Origin: the human T2T-CHM13v2.0 reference genome, Homo sapiens
DNA length: 64,000 nucleotides
Strand: one strand, 5' to 3'
NCBI RefSeq assembly: GCF_009914755.1
Contig: NC_060933.1
Part shown: piece after piece, positions 29,580 through 47,239 of the stretch
How positions within the stretch are numbered: the first letter of the stretch is position 1
How the letters are laid out: the number at the start of each line of letters is the position of its first letter
The notes under the pieces: model-generated
What the model was told of the DNA's origin: nothing
Seen by the model: the letters and a program-made list of their open reading frames with translations, nothing else
Database searches by the model: none
Made by a program: the position numbers and the translations under genes

Positions 29580-30046
29580 TGTAAAAGCAATCCAGGGTCC
29601 CTGCGTAAAAAAGTGCTCACTTGCAACTGTTGCACCTTAAATTCGTGTTATTAATATTTCAAAATGATTCCAGGAAGAAGCTCAGTTCCAGAAAAAGAAA
29701 ATCCAAAATGCCTGAGTTGGAGCTGAATTTTGGGGAACTCTTCTCATTACAATACCAAAATCCCCACCCAGGGAAGATGTTATTTACCATTTTCTACCCA
29801 TGTGAGGTATATAGAAGTACGATCAGCAACTGTGCCTGCACTGTCTTTACTCCACCTCTGCATATATGACTCAGCTACTCTCCACTCCCAATAAAAGCCC
29901 TGTTTTCACATGTGTTTGGGGAGATGCTGCTTTGGGAACTATCCCCACAATCTTCCTTACTTGCTGCAAATTGTTAAACACTCTTTGATTCTGACCATTA
30001 AACTGTCATCTGCCAAGTGGTCAAACCACTCATTGTGTGGGTAACA
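29580..30046 (+). mobile_element. ERV1-class solo LTR, LTR37-like
   Basis: TGTAA...GGGTAACA termini, 467 bp, with AATAAAAGCCCTGTTTTCAC and CTTTGGGAACTATCCCC. Confidence 0.6.
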
Positions 30047-30780
30047 TAAAGATGTAAGAGTAGAGATATTTTAACTTTATCCAAATGCAAAATTATTTCG
30101 ATCAAAATGCCAGGAAGCTAATAGGCAAGCCAGTGTTGCATATAGTAACTGTGTAAGAACCTGTAGTCTACGTATAGGTGTTTTTTGTGTACTTGGATTT
30201 ATGTTTTTTTCTTTTTTTCCTTAAAATGAATTGGCAAAATATTACATTTCTGAAGTTCGGTCACCCAGTTTGAATATTTTATTTTCCTAAATCATCCTAT
30301 CCTCAGCATTCTCAGTTTAAAGTCTCAGTGCAGGAAGGCACAAGCTGCTGAACATGGATGTTTTCCTGCTGATTCTGTTTTTGTGTTGTCTTCTAAGAAG
30401 AATGACAATGAAGTTTCTTTCTGCTGCACTGAGGTACCCATATGTAAAAAATTACAGTCTATGTGGTAAATCTGCATGTTATCACTATGGTAGGCCATAG
30501 AAGAGAAAGTGGACAAAAAGCTGACCGTCCTCAGCAAAGTAAACAATAACAACACAGAAAAGATGAGTGATCATGGGTATTTTGTGCAAAACCAAGCAGG
30601 AAGTAGAGGTATCTGAATTACATGGTAACAATGGCCTTTAATAATCCTTGTTTGCTAGTCATATGACTCTGTTTTAGAGAATATTTAAAAAGAAAAAAAT
30701 TTAGATTTGGGCCAGCTTCTCAGGAGGGAAGGAACTGAGTGCACTCAGAACCTTGGGAAATGTTTGCCTTCTGTTATGAA

Positions 30781-32498
30781 TTCACAACTTAAATGTAAGA
30801 CTTGAAATTGTAAAACTCCTCCATGAAAACAGAGGAAAATCTTCTTGCCATTGTTCTTGGCAATAATTTCTTGGATTTGACACTCAAAGCACAGGCAACA
30901 AAAGCAAAAAAAAAAAATAGATGGAACTACATCAAACTAAAAATCTTCTGCAAAGCAAAAGAAACTATCAACAAGCTGAAAAGGCAACCTGTGGAATGGA
31001 AGAAAATGTCTGTGAATTATCTTTTTTATTTTTTTCGAGACAGGGTCTAACTCTGTCACCCAGGCTGGAGGTCAGTGACATGATCACAGCTCACTGCAGC
31101 CTCGACCTCCAGGCTGAGTTGATTTTTCCACCTCAGCCATGAATACCAGAGTAGCTGGGACTACAGGGGAACACCACCACGCCTGGCTAATTTTTCAACT
31201 TTTTGTAGGGACAGGGTTTTCAACATGTTGCCCAGGCTGGTCTTGACCTCCTGGGCTCAAGAGAGCCACTTGGCTTCACTTTCCAAAGCTCTAAGATTAC
31301 AGGCATGAGCCACCAAGACCAGCCATTTGTGAATTATCTATCTGAAAAGGAGTTAGTGTTCAAAATACATAAGGATCTTCTACAACTCAGGAAACTACAC
31401 CAAAATGGAAAACAAAACAGAACAAAAGCCAAATGACCTAATTTTAACAAATAGACAAAAGACTTGAATCGACATATCTCCAAAGAAAACATATAAATAG
31501 CCTAAAGTTATATGAAAGGATGCTCAATATCACTAATCATCCGGGAAATGCAGATCATAATCACAATGAGATATCCAATCACTCCTACTAGCATGGCTAT
31601 TATTAAGAGAAAAAAAAAAAAAAGAAACAACTGTTGGTGAGGATGTGGACAAAAGGAAACACTTATGTACTGTTGGTGGAAATGTAGAATGGTACAGTCA
31701 CTATAAAAAACAATAGGAAAGTTCCTCAAAAAGTTCAAAATAGACCTACCACTTACCCAGCAATCCCACTTCTGGGTATATATCCAAAAGAATAGAAATA
31801 AAGGTCTCAAAGAGTTATCAGCCTCACCATGTTTATGTAGCATAACTCACAATAGCCAAGATAAAAAAATCAACCTAAGTGCCCATCAACAGATCAATGG
31901 GTAAAGAAAATGTGATACATTTGGAATACATTGGAGTTCTGTTTATCCTTAAAAGAGGAAATCCTATAATTTGTATCCACATGGATAAACCTAAAGTACA
32001 TTATGATAAGTGAAATAAACTGGCCACAGGTGAACAAATACTGCATGACTTTACTTATATGAGGTATCTAAAGTAGTCAAACTCATAACATCAGAGAATA
32101 TAAGGCAATTGTCAGGGGCTGGGGGGAATGAGAGGGAAATGGGGGATTGTGGCTCAATGGGTATAAAGTTTCAGTTATGCAAAATGAATACATTCTAGAG
32201 ATATGATATAGTACCAATAGTCAATAATACAATATTGTATACTTTTAAAAATGTTGAGAATGGATCTTTTGTTAAGTGTCCTTACTAACAACAACAACAA
32301 AAATTAAAACCCCCCAAATCAAACGCCTGCTCCACACACATAAGACCACAAATAAATTTTTGGAAGTGATGGACATATTTATTACCTTCATTGTGGTGAT
32401 GATACCTTAGGTGTATGCATAGGTGAAAACTCAGAATGTGTAAGTTAAATCTGTGCAATTTTTGTATATTAATTATGTTACAATAAATGTTAAAAAAA
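30781..32498 (+). mobile_element. L1MB (MB1-3-like) 3' portion, interrupted by an AluJ
   Basis: ORF2 C-terminal remnant (WNYIKLKIFCKAKETINKLKRQPVEWKK) and an L1MB 3' UTR ending AATAAATGTTAAAAAAA. Confidence 0.85.
31023..31324 (-). mobile_element. AluJ
   Basis: J-type ACAGCTCACTGCAGCCTCGACCTCC and CTGGGCTCAAG; TSD TGTGAATTATCT. Confidence 0.92.
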
Positions 32499-33394
32499 CA
32501 AAGATTCATTTGTTACCTCAAAACTAAGAAACTTATATCTTGATTATAAGTACCCACTGAGCAAAGCATGTATACATACAGCTTCCTAGAGTCAAAAGCA
32601 AGATGTATAAATGCAAATTTGTGGGAAAATGACAATTCATTTTAATCTACTAATTACTATAATAAGAGAGTTCCTAACCCAAGACTTAGAGCTTACTTTG
32701 AGATATCAAAAAGGTTAAATAAAATGAACTATGCAAGAGATCTAGCATAGAAGAAATAATGATTTATTTAAAAATATCTTCTCTTCCTACTCAATTTTCT
32801 GAATAAATAAGCGAAAACTTGACAATGTATAATTATTTTACTCTGGGTAAAATGATGAATTGAACATATGTCATGGGTATATTACAGGCCTATTCAGTGG
32901 ATCACTTTTGAAGACATGTTTTCTACCAGGTGGCATCGATTCATATAACTCTAGTATTGCTGTTGGGCTTATACTGATTAGAACTGAGGCAGTGCTATGA
33001 TTAATGACTTGGTAAACTGCAGTATGTAAACTAGCATAAAGAATTCTAATCCTGATATTTCTCTGCCTCTGCACAGCAACTAGAACCAGTTTTTCAAAAT
33101 ACCCAGGTCTCTGCTAAATGCCTACAAGGATTATTTCACATAATTTTGCACTAGTCCTATGATGTATATACTGTTCTTAATGACTTTCATTTGGCATGTA
33201 AGACACCAGAGTCATAGCGAATTGATGTAATATACACAGTGTTACAGAGCCAGTTAAAACAGTAGCTCTGCTTTAGGTCCATCTCACTCCAGAGCCCAAG
33301 AATCCTACATGCTAACATGGGTCTGATTTCACTCAACTCAGTGCGGATTTTTTAGTGGTCTCATTGTTTCTTCCTTTCTTTTAATTTTCAATTT

Positions 33395-33536
33395 AATTAT
33401 TATTATTACTTTTTGGATACAGAGTCTTGCTGTGTCACGCAGGCTGGAGTGCGGTCGCACAATCATAACTCATTGTAATCTTGAACTCCTGGCCTCAAGC
33501 ATTCCTCCTGCTTTGGTCTCCCAAAGTGCCGGGATT
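33395..33536 (-). mobile_element. Alu monomer (FRAM/FAM-like, or an arm-collapsed AluJ)
   Basis: Single-arm length, (TTA)n tail, 5'-truncated. Confidence 0.8.
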
Positions 33537-34248
33537 CTCATCAACTATTTTTCATTGAGTTCCTTCTAAAAGATTGTAAAATAAATTTTCTTTTATTATA
33601 AACGTCTTTGTCTTTGTATAATTATCAATTATAAAATTAATTTTTTAGTTTATAATAATAGCACTATTCAGATTTCCTCACTGAAATTGTAGGTAGATTT
33701 GACAATATGGAAAAGTATCTTGATCCGTTGATAACCTCTTTAGAAAACAGAATATTCTTTTCATGTGCAAATGAAAATAATTAATTTCATCATACAGCTT
33801 GCATGGTTTAGAGAAGCACTTTGTTCAAAATTTGAAATTGTTTTTGAAATTTAAAAAATGATTTTTCCCTTCATGTAAAAAACATAAGATAAAATAATAC
33901 ATTTATAATTATTATGTCTGAAAGTTGTTTCTGTATAAAGGTCATAGGCTTTGGCATCAAACAGAATTGGATTTAACTATTAGCTTGATAAGTACTACTT
34001 TTGTAACTTAGAGCCATTTTTTAACCTGGGATTTTCTCCCCTTACTTATATATTCAAAATACTAACATTTTAAATGTTAAAATTAATAATGTTAGTAATC
34101 ATTATCATCTCACCACAAGCTATCTAATTTAATTAGTACTTTAATATGATAAAAGATTTTTTTTATTTTTCAGGAGAAACAGGGTTAGAGAGTATAACTA
34201 ACTTTACTAATACAGTTAGTAAATATCAGGAAACAGATTTGAACCGAA

Positions 34249-34614
34249 GTATGTTAGTTTGCTAAGGCTACCATAACAAATACTATAGACTAGGTGGCTT
34301 AAAAACCAGAAATTTATTTCTCACAGTTCTGGAAACTTCAGGTGCAAAGTCAAGGTGTTGGCAGGTTTGGTTTTTCCTAAGACCTCTTTCTTTGGTTTAC
34401 AGATGACCACTTGCTTCCTACCTGTGTCCTCACATGGTATATCCTAATCTTTTCTTATAGGACAGCCATCAGATTGCATTGGACCGCACCCTAATAATCT
34501 CATTTTAACTCAGTTACCGCTTTAAAGACTCTACCTCCAAAGACAGTCAAATTCTAAGATACCAGGCTCAGGGCTCCAGCTAACAGTAGGGGAGGGCACA
34601 ATTCAGTCTTTAAT
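34249..34614 (-). mobile_element. MLT1B MaLR solo LTR inserted among MIR remnants
   Basis: TTAGTTTGCTAAGGCTACCATAACAAATAC...TTTATTTCTCACAGTTCTGGA...CACAATTCAGTC. Confidence 0.8.
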
Positions 34615-36746
34615 TTCAAATTATGTTCCCAATAATCCAATTTGTATGCTGTCTTCTACAAATACAGAAGCTGCTTAATGAAACACTCAAAAGCCAAGTT
34701 TAAAATGAAAATTAAAGGAAGTTTATATTCGTCTTATCATTAAAGGCAAGAGTTCTAAACACTTGCCAAAAAGTTAATTTTTTTTATTTTTCTTTCTCCT
34801 CTTCCCCTTTCCTTTTTTCTTATCTTCATCCTCCTATTTTTCTCTTCTTTTTGTTTTTTCTATGTTGTTTTATTTTCTCTTCTTCACCATAATTTCTTCA
34901 CGAGACTAATTATGTGATCCATACATTTAAATATTTTTTTAAAGTTTTTAGCTTATTTCATCCTCAGAGCAAACCTGCAATATAGAAAGTGTAAAAGAAA
35001 CATTGCACTAGATATTTGTTGTAAATTGCTGCTTGGAGTTTGCCCCATGAAATCATGGGTCACATTTCAGCAGATATTTGGACAGAGTTTATACATTTAA
35101 TTTCAGTTCCCACTCTCTAATTCTGTCCCTCTCTCTTTCTCTTACACTTTCTTCTAGAGTTTCCCACCTCAATATTCAATAGTTATTGTTTCCATGAAGT
35201 CTATCCTCAGGATATTCAAGCCACTAAAACTGAAGGTTTTTCTTTGAATTTTAGTTGTTTCACATGGCACAGGTAGGGACCTATTCTCAGATTAAAATGT
35301 TGAAAACATACCCAGTGTTTTTTTTGTTGTTTCTTCCAATTGTCAGTTCTTCCTGTTTTTGTTCATTCTTCAGTGTCTTCAAGTAGGTTTATGTCTTGTT
35401 CTGTTGTTTAGAATTTATAGTTATTACTGGTGGAGAGTTTGATCTGATATTATTATATCAGATAAAATGGAAGCAGAATGTTTAGATTATTGTTTTAATA
35501 ATAAATTGTTTGTGATTCTATGTGATGATAACTGTACTTTTGTTATGCTTCCATTGAGAAAATGCATAAGAGTAAAGGCTGTTTGGATTTTGTATACTTA
35601 AAAAATGTTTGGATATGATCAATTACAATATATACATACACTTTAGCGATAATAGACATGGGATATGTTATTTGGTAGACAAATGAATCTGGTGTCTTCC
35701 AGACAGCTTTAGATAATATACAATATCAGATCAACTGATGTCCTGAATCTCTTTCTACAATAAACTCAATGGTAATTTAATGGTTTTGGTCATGTGAATG
35801 ACAAATTTGTTATATATAATCTTAGTTTGAACACATATCAACTTAAGGCCTGGCTGGATAATTGTAGCAATATTTTTTAGCATTTTTATTCATAAAATCA
35901 CGGGAGATAACATATTGTTGTATAAAATCTGATTACCACATCTAGAGTTTTTGGCAGAAAATCTGGCCTGTTTTCCAGAGTGTTAAAATATTTTCATAAA
36001 CTCCCTCTGTCTAAAGAATGGAAATTAGAAGCTTTGGAGCCTGACATATTTGAATTTGAAGCATGGTTTACCACCAACTAGATTTTTACTTTATAAAAAT
36101 TATTAATCTCTCTGAAGTTGGGAGGGAATGTGTCTAGTATTTGTTGAGGTTTCACTGTGTGGTAGTCTTTATGCTACCTTCTTTGATTATTAAAAGAAAT
36201 ACATAATTTAAGTATTCTTATTAGGTAAGAATATGCATATTTAACTGAATTTATGACTGGATAAATGATCTCTCCTAAATTATAAATATCATATATGAGG
36301 GAGCTAAATATTGTATTAAATTATTTCTCTCCAAAATAAGTACATTTTTCTATATGCCATATTACTTCCAGAGTCTGTTTCTATGCTTATGAGATGGATG
36401 AAGTACTTACTGCCACAGAAGATTACCATAAGAATTAAAATAAGCTTATTGTAAAAATGTATGAGATTGTTCATGCTTATTAAAGGTTTTGTTGTTGTCA
36501 TTTCAGGTTCCCCTATTTCAGTAAACAAAAAGAACTACGAATCTTCAGGTGAAACTTTTGCAGCAAAAAAATGAATAGAAAGAAAAAACAAAAGAAATAG
36601 AATATTGTGCTTGATTTTTGTAGAATCAATACTTCCTTTTTGACAAGTCTTAAATCAAATTAGCAGAAACTTGAGGGAAATGCATATTGTATTTTTAAAA
36701 GTACACAGTAAAGTTGGAAATATTATGCATATGATGTATGTAAAGC

Positions 36747-37150
36747 AATAGTCCCTCACTTAGGCACAATTTTATTTTCCATAGTTTCAGTTATGTGTGG
36801 TCAACTGTGGTCCAAAAATACTAACAGGAAAATTTCAGAAACAAACAATTTGTAAGTTTTAAATTGTGCATCCTTCTGAATATCATGAAATCTCACATTG
36901 TCTTGCACTCTCCCACTGAGAACATGAATTATCCCTTCATCTAGCATATCGACGCTGTATTAACCACCCACTAGTCACTTAGTAGCTCCCTTGGCTATCA
37001 CATAGACTGTTGTGATATCACAACTGTGTGTTCAAGTTACTCTTATTTTACTTAATAAGGGCCCCAAGTGCAAGAGTAGTGATGCTGGCAATTTGAATTT
37101 GCAAAAGTTTCTGTAAAATTGCCAAGTTTCTGTAAAAAGCTGCTGGCTTT

Positions 37151-37185
<35 letters not shown>

Positions 37186-37385
37186 TTTGAGACCAGGTCT
37201 TGCTCTGACTCCTAGGCTGGAGTGCAGTGGTGTGGTCACCACCTTAAGTGAAAAGTGAAACTTTATCATAGATATGTACGGTTGATGAAAAAATATAGTA
37301 TATATAGAATTTGGTGCTATATGCAAGTTCAGGCATTCACTGGGGGGCTGGAACATTTTCTCCATAGATAAGGGGAAACAACTAT
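36747..37385 (+). mobile_element. MER44 (Tigger7-derived) element, interrupted by a short Alu piece
   Basis: CAATAGTCCC...GATAAGGGGAAACAACTA termini and internal GGCCCCAAGTGCAAGAGTAGTGATGCTGGCAATTTG. Confidence 0.8.
37148..37240 (-). mobile_element. Severely 5'-truncated Alu with (TTTA)n tail
   Basis: About 52 bp of Alu 3' end after (TTTA)n. Confidence 0.85.
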
Positions 37386-37492
37386 ACTATTATTTCTTAT
37401 GAGAAGACAATAAAATCTGAAAATTGAAGCGAAGTGTTCTGAGGGTTACTCTTGGTTGATTGAAGAAGACAGCTTTTAAAAATCCAACTATG

Positions 37493-37803
<311 letters not shown>

Positions 37804-38362
37804 CTATAAGAAGTGATAAATACTTATTATAAACACTATCATCACTGTGATTTGTCTCTATTTGGGTTCGGTGAGTTTTAAAATTGCTCAATGTTGACCC
37901 CAAGGAGAAAACAACATAGTGGAAACAATGTTGGGTTGATTTATATGTCATTCTACTGTAGAAATCCCTCTGTGCAAGCCTGGAATTGTGGTTTCGGATA
38001 ATGTGGTAGGCAGGAGCACATTAAGTACTCAATGGCTAACACTCATAAGATTGTGATTTCCTTTCCTTTGAAACAACAAAGCAGAACTCTAATACGATGT
38101 GCAGTATCAGGCATGGCAGAGGAAGCATGCACAGTGTAAAGAGGGGAACGCTGCTATCTCTAGGATGTGCTTATGATGCGACAGTTGAGAGAGGGCAGAA
38201 GATGGAATGAATAAAGACTTTATCCTGTCAACTAGAACCACGTTAAACTTAACGATATGTATGGACGGTTTACATTTTGAACCTGGCCTGTTTCAATCCA
38301 ATCCCATACTTGCTGTATGGTTATGGTTAATGACAAAAACAGTATGGACACATACATGCGCA

Positions 38363-38400
38363 TGCACACACACACACACTCTCTCTCTCTCTCTCTCTCC
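38363..38400. repeat. (CA)n(CT)n compound microsatellite
   Basis: Seen directly. Confidence 0.9.
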
Positions 38401-38509
38401 CCCCAAATGTCTTTTGGATTTAAAAGAAAGTATCTGAATATTGAACATTCAGCCATTATATACAGTCATAAAACCTCTTTTAAAAAAAACAAGCAGAATG
38501 ACTCTAAAG

Positions 38510-40560
38510 GCTGAATCTCTTCTTAGTAGACTTTTAAAAAGTAATATACATATAAAAAGATGCAAAGCATAAAGTTTCAGCTCATCAAATTTATACCTAG
38601 TAAACAAACCTATGTAACTCCCATCCACATGAAGAAAGAGAATATGATAGTCACCATATAGATAGAAGGAGGACTTCATGTTCCTGTCCACTTATTACCT
38701 CACCTCTAAATGCAACCATGATCTTTCCTTCCATCATTACAGATTAATCTGGGCTGGTTTTAAATACATGTAAATAGAATCATCATATGGGCTCTCTTAG
38801 GTTAGGCTTCTTTTATTCAACATTATATTGAAGATTTATTTTATTACATGCCACATTAGGTACTTTATTTTTATTTTTGGAGATTTTCTCATTGAATAAA
38901 TATACCATGATTTCTTTATCCATTTTACTATTACTGAACATCTAGTTTGTTTTCAGGCTTTGTCTATTAGAAAGGTATTATTGTTTAACCTCTTAGTCCT
39001 ATCTTTTAGTGCACATATGGGCATATTTTTGTTAGGTTTCTTACCAGAAATTCATTATTTTGAATTTTAGGATCTGTGTATGTATGTATGCATGTATTTA
39101 TCTATCTATCTACCTATATATGTATGTATGAATGTATCTATCTATCAATCTGTCAGCAAATAGTTTCTAAAGTTGCTAGAACAATTTCGTCTCCCACCAG
39201 TAATGAATTAGAGTTCCTAATGTTCTTCAGCATCACCAATTCTCATAATGCAGATATTGCTTCATATTTTCAGTGGTTTATAAGACAAACATTTGCTCCT
39301 CTTACAAATCTGCGTATCGATTGGTGAGGCTCTGCTTCAGGCTGAAGGTTTGGTTCAGGTTTGCTTTGTATGTCTTCATTTTCCTTGGTCCAGGGCATAG
39401 TTTTCTTATAAAAAATGACAAGAGCAGCAGGTAAGAACTTTGCAATATCCTTTAAGGCTTCTGCCCAGATTGTCACTTTTGCCCACATTCTGTTGGCAAA
39501 AGCAAGTCATATGCACAGGTCAAAAATCAATTGTCTAAAGTTTATAATACTCTGCCTACTCTAATGTTAAGGTATGGCAACAATCGTATGGCAAGGACCA
39601 TAGATATATATAATTCTAATACAGAGGACAGAATAATCAGGATTTTTTTTTATTTTATTTTAGTCAGCATGGTGGGAATATATTGATACCCCATTGTTGA
39701 TTTAAGTTGCATTTTACTAAGTATGAATGCTGATTATCATTTTAAATGCTTATTTGATATCCAGATATCTTTTGTGAAGTGACAAAGTTTTCTTTTTTTA
39801 CCATTTTCTGATTATATTGTCTATTATTTATTCTTTGATATATGAACACTATATATTCTGAATATCAGTCCTTTGTAAATTATATGTTGCAAATATTTTA
39901 TCCCAGTATGTAGTTTATATATGTGCCCTATTAATGGTATATTTTGATGTTCTTAACTTTAATAGGGTACACATTATTTTTTTCTAATTTTTCAACTACT
40001 TCTCATCTTCTTGAAGATATGTTTCCTACTCTTAGTCAAAAATGTACTTGTTGTTATAACTCTCACATGTAGATCTGCAATCCATTTGAAATTGATTTTT
40101 CTATATCCTGTTACTTAGAGAATCAAATTCATTATTTTCACGATAAAATCCAAATTGAGCTAGCACTACTTATGAAAGAAAAGTCCATTTTATTTCCCAT
40201 TGAATTGCATTGGCAAGTCTCTCAAAAGTCAAGGATCCATGTATTAGTAGCTATCTGTCCAGATTCTCTATTCTGCATCATCACTCCATTTGTCTATATA
40301 GTTAATGCAAATTTCACACTGCCCTAATTTTACTTGCTTGATAATAAATCTTGATATGTGTTAGTATAAATCCTAAAGCTTTCATTCCTTTTTATGGTTA
40401 CCTCGACTCTTTATAGTATTTTGCTTTTTGACAGAAAATCAACAAACAGCTTGCCAATATCCACAAAAACCTACTTACAGCTTTTGATTACAATGAAACT
40501 ATAAATCACCTAGGAGGAAATTGATATCTTTACAGTATTATGTTTTCCACTCAGTAAAAC
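38510..40560 (-). mobile_element. Ancient L1ME 3' portion, with internal (TATG/TATC)n and an MLT1 insertion
   Basis: L1ME-type 3' UTR text (GGCTTCTTTTATTCAACATTAT; TATACCATGATTTCTTTATCCATT) and ORF2 remnants. Confidence 0.6.
39245..39640 (-). mobile_element. MLT1I/J-like MaLR LTR
   Basis: GCTCTGCTTCAGGCTGAAGGTTTGGTTCAGG and GCCCACATTCTGTTGGCAAAAGCAAGTCATATG. Confidence 0.65.
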
Positions 40561-41280
40561 TAGAATAACTTAAAGAATGTATAATTAAACTATGAATATT
40601 TAAGAAATTATCAATGACAATGAATACAAAATTAGAAATATTATTTTTCTATATCAGAAAAATTAAATATTCATCTTATAGCTATTATTATTTGAAGTGT
40701 TTTTGTTTTGTTTTTTATTTGTATTATCAAGCATCCTAAAGCATTTTAAATTACTCAGTTTGCTTTTATATATTTCTATTGAACAATGTATGATTTTTCT
40801 ATAAGTTGTGAAAAAAATCAACTCAGTTATATAGAACCAGAGATAATAAACAGGAATAAAGTGCATGTTCCCCCAGTTTAAAAAATCATATTAGGTATTT
40901 AAAAATATGTATAATTTTCTTATTTTCCAATGTTTCCTGTTAGTCTACGACTAAACACAAAGTTTTTTTGGCTGTTTTGACTATATTATTCTATGGATAT
41001 TTGCATACATGTGCACTTGTCTAAAGGTATATTCTACTGAATTTTTTGACACTGAATTATTACATCGTATTTTTTCATGAAAATATACACATGCACACAA
41101 GCACACATAGTTGATATTGATACTGAACCTGATATTGATACACATCAATGAGCTAGGTATTATACACAAATGCATACACCCAATGCAAAAGTTCAAAACC
41201 ATCTTTCTTATCTACCATCCACAGCCTCATAGTTCTTAATACTCTGTTGTTATTGTGTATTGTGGTGCTGATTATACAGG

Positions 41281-41637
41281 TATATTAGTTTACTTGCAAT
41301 GTCATAATAAATACCACAGACTAGGTGGCTCAAACAACAGAAATTTATATTCTTCCAACTTCTGGATAAGCCCAAGCAGGGTTGGTTTCTTCTGAGGCCT
41401 TTCTCCTTGGCTTGTAGATAACGGTCTTCTCCTCCTTGGTTGTTCACTCTGTACCAGTCCGTGACCTATTCTTTTATATGGATCTCAACCAGATGAAATT
41501 ACGGCTCTGCTAATAACCTGATTTTAACTAAATTGCTTCTTTAAAGAGCCTATCTCTAAATACAGCTACTGTCTCAGATACTAGGTGTTAGAACTTCAAC
41601 ATATGAATTGTGGGGAAACACAATTTAGCCCATAGCA
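41281..41637 (-). mobile_element. MLT1B MaLR solo LTR
   Basis: GGTTTCTTCTGAGGCCTTTCTCCTTGGCTTG...ACACAATTTAGCCCATAGCA; homologous to 34249-34614. Confidence 0.85.
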
Positions 41638-42333
41638 GCAGATGTGTTTAATTTGTGATATTAATTGATCTGTATACTTACAATATGAGTAAACACACAC
41701 GCGTAATTTAAGGAGTTCCAAATAACAGTTTGTGATCTGCCCTCTACTGCCCCTGGTCCTGGTTCTTTGGCTGTATCTGAATCTTTTCTTTCCTTTAACC
41801 TGGGCTGACTCTGCTTAATAACAATTCTTCAAACTTTGAATTCATCTCCATGTTTTAGAAGATTTTAAAATAACTTTTATTTTATTTCTGAGGTCCTGAG
41901 GGCCTAGGCTACCCCCATAGCTCTCTGATCTAGTGGGTGCTGCTGGTTGTTTTGGATTGCCTATGCAAATTGGAACCTGTGTAGTCCTCTATTATTAATC
42001 TCCCAGGCTTTCTTCAGACCTCCTTGCAGTCAGTGGGTTTTACTCTCCCTCCAGATGAGTATTTATGTCTACTTCTGTGTTATTTGGCCGTGAGGATCCT
42101 CAGAACTTCCTTTTCTGCCCACTTCCACTATTTCAGTACAGCTGGTACTTGCACACAGAGGCTGCAGGTTTTGTGGTAGTGGATGTTTAGTCTCATATAC
42201 CAAAGTGCACGCTCATACCTTGTCACTTAATTTGCTGCAAGCCGTTGTCTGTATTTATTCTGTTCTTTTTGTCATCCTGGCTGCTATTCATCTTTTAAGA
42301 GAGATCTGACAATGATTATGAATCCTGAGTCAT

Positions 42334-42654
<321 letters not shown>

Positions 42655-44287
42655 ATACTGAGTCAAGGTCAAGGTTTTATCCCAGCAGCAAGTCCTTACT
42701 TTCAGGTTTTAATGTTTCAGTTTTTTATAATAACATTCTATTAATTTCAGAAGATGAAAAATGATGAAGGTAAACACTGAATGCTCGAAAAGTAAAACTA
42801 GGTAACCTAATCAGAGTACATTTTAATTGTATGATTGTGCATCATTTCGGTGATCCTGCCTATATAATTGTTAGTTTTCTGAGCATTTGGACTTACTCTA
42901 TAAAATTCTGACAAATAACAGTGATTATTAGAGAGATGGTTTCTAGTGGCATGTATATACAGTGTTCAGTGGACTTTAGACATTCAATACATTTAACTTT
43001 TAGCAAATATTAGGCCATACTTAACTCAAAGCTATAATTTGATAAATTTGTCCAAAAAATAAAGCTTATGCATGTATTCCAAAAAAGTAAATGGAATAGA
43101 TACTATAAATATTATATATTTTATTAAATGATTTATGTTACATAATATATAATACATATTGCTTATATCACTATGAGAATATGTCATATATATGCTTTTA
43201 TTTTTAAAATATCTGCTTATAATAATACCTATTCCCACAATAATAAAGATGTAAATTAAAAATACATTTCGGTTGTCATCTGGTATCCTTTTTGCGATAT
43301 AACCACTATTACTATTTACTGTATTTTTTTAGATTTTTAAGTGCACAAGAATATCCACTTATATCAATTTACTGCATAAATGAGAATATTCTATGCACAT
43401 TCCTCTGAATCTTTCCTCTTTAATAATATCTTAAGGGTTTTTTGCATATTAACACATAGCTCATTATTTTATCATATACATAATATTTCATTGAGTGGGT
43501 ATCACCATAATTTATTTATTTCAGCCCTTACCGAGGTATGTATCCATTGTTTACAGTAATCTATTACATATTATTATGATCTAAATGTGTCCCCCCCAAA
43601 ACATTCATATGTTGAAACTAAATTACCAATTTGATTAGTACAAAGTTGGACATCTGGGAGGTAATTAATTCGTACATAAGGATTAACACCCTTATAAAAG
43701 ACGTTTCAGAGAGCTGTTAATGCCTTTTGCTCCTTCACTGGCCTCATCTTCACTCCAAGATGATGCAGCGAGAAGCCTTCTCCAGACGCCAATCTTCCAT
43801 CACCTGGATTTTTGACTTCCCAGTTTCCAAAACTGTGAGAAATACATTTCTATTACTTATAAGTTACCAAGTGTTATATATTGTTATAGCAGTATCAACA
43901 AATTGTGACAAAATTGGTAAAGAGAAGTAGGGTATTAGAACAAGTACTTAAAAATGTGGAAGCAGCTTTGGAACTGGGCAGTGGGTAGAAGCTAAAAGAG
44001 TTGGGAAGTGAATGCTAGAGAAAGCCTACATTTCCATGAATGCACCATTAAGGGCAATTCTTGTGATGGCTCAGAAGCAGAAGAGAGCTGTAGGGAAAGT
44101 CTGAATCTTCTCAGAGATTACTTAAGTGGTTGTGATGAGAATACTGGTAGAAATATGGACAGTAAAGGCCATTTTGATGAGGTCTCAGATGGAAGTGGAG
44201 AACAAGATATTGAAAACTCAAAGAAATGTCATCCTTGTTATAAAGTGACAGCACTTGGCTAAATTGTGTCCCTCTCCTAGTGCTTTA

Positions 44288-47239
<2,952 letters not shown>

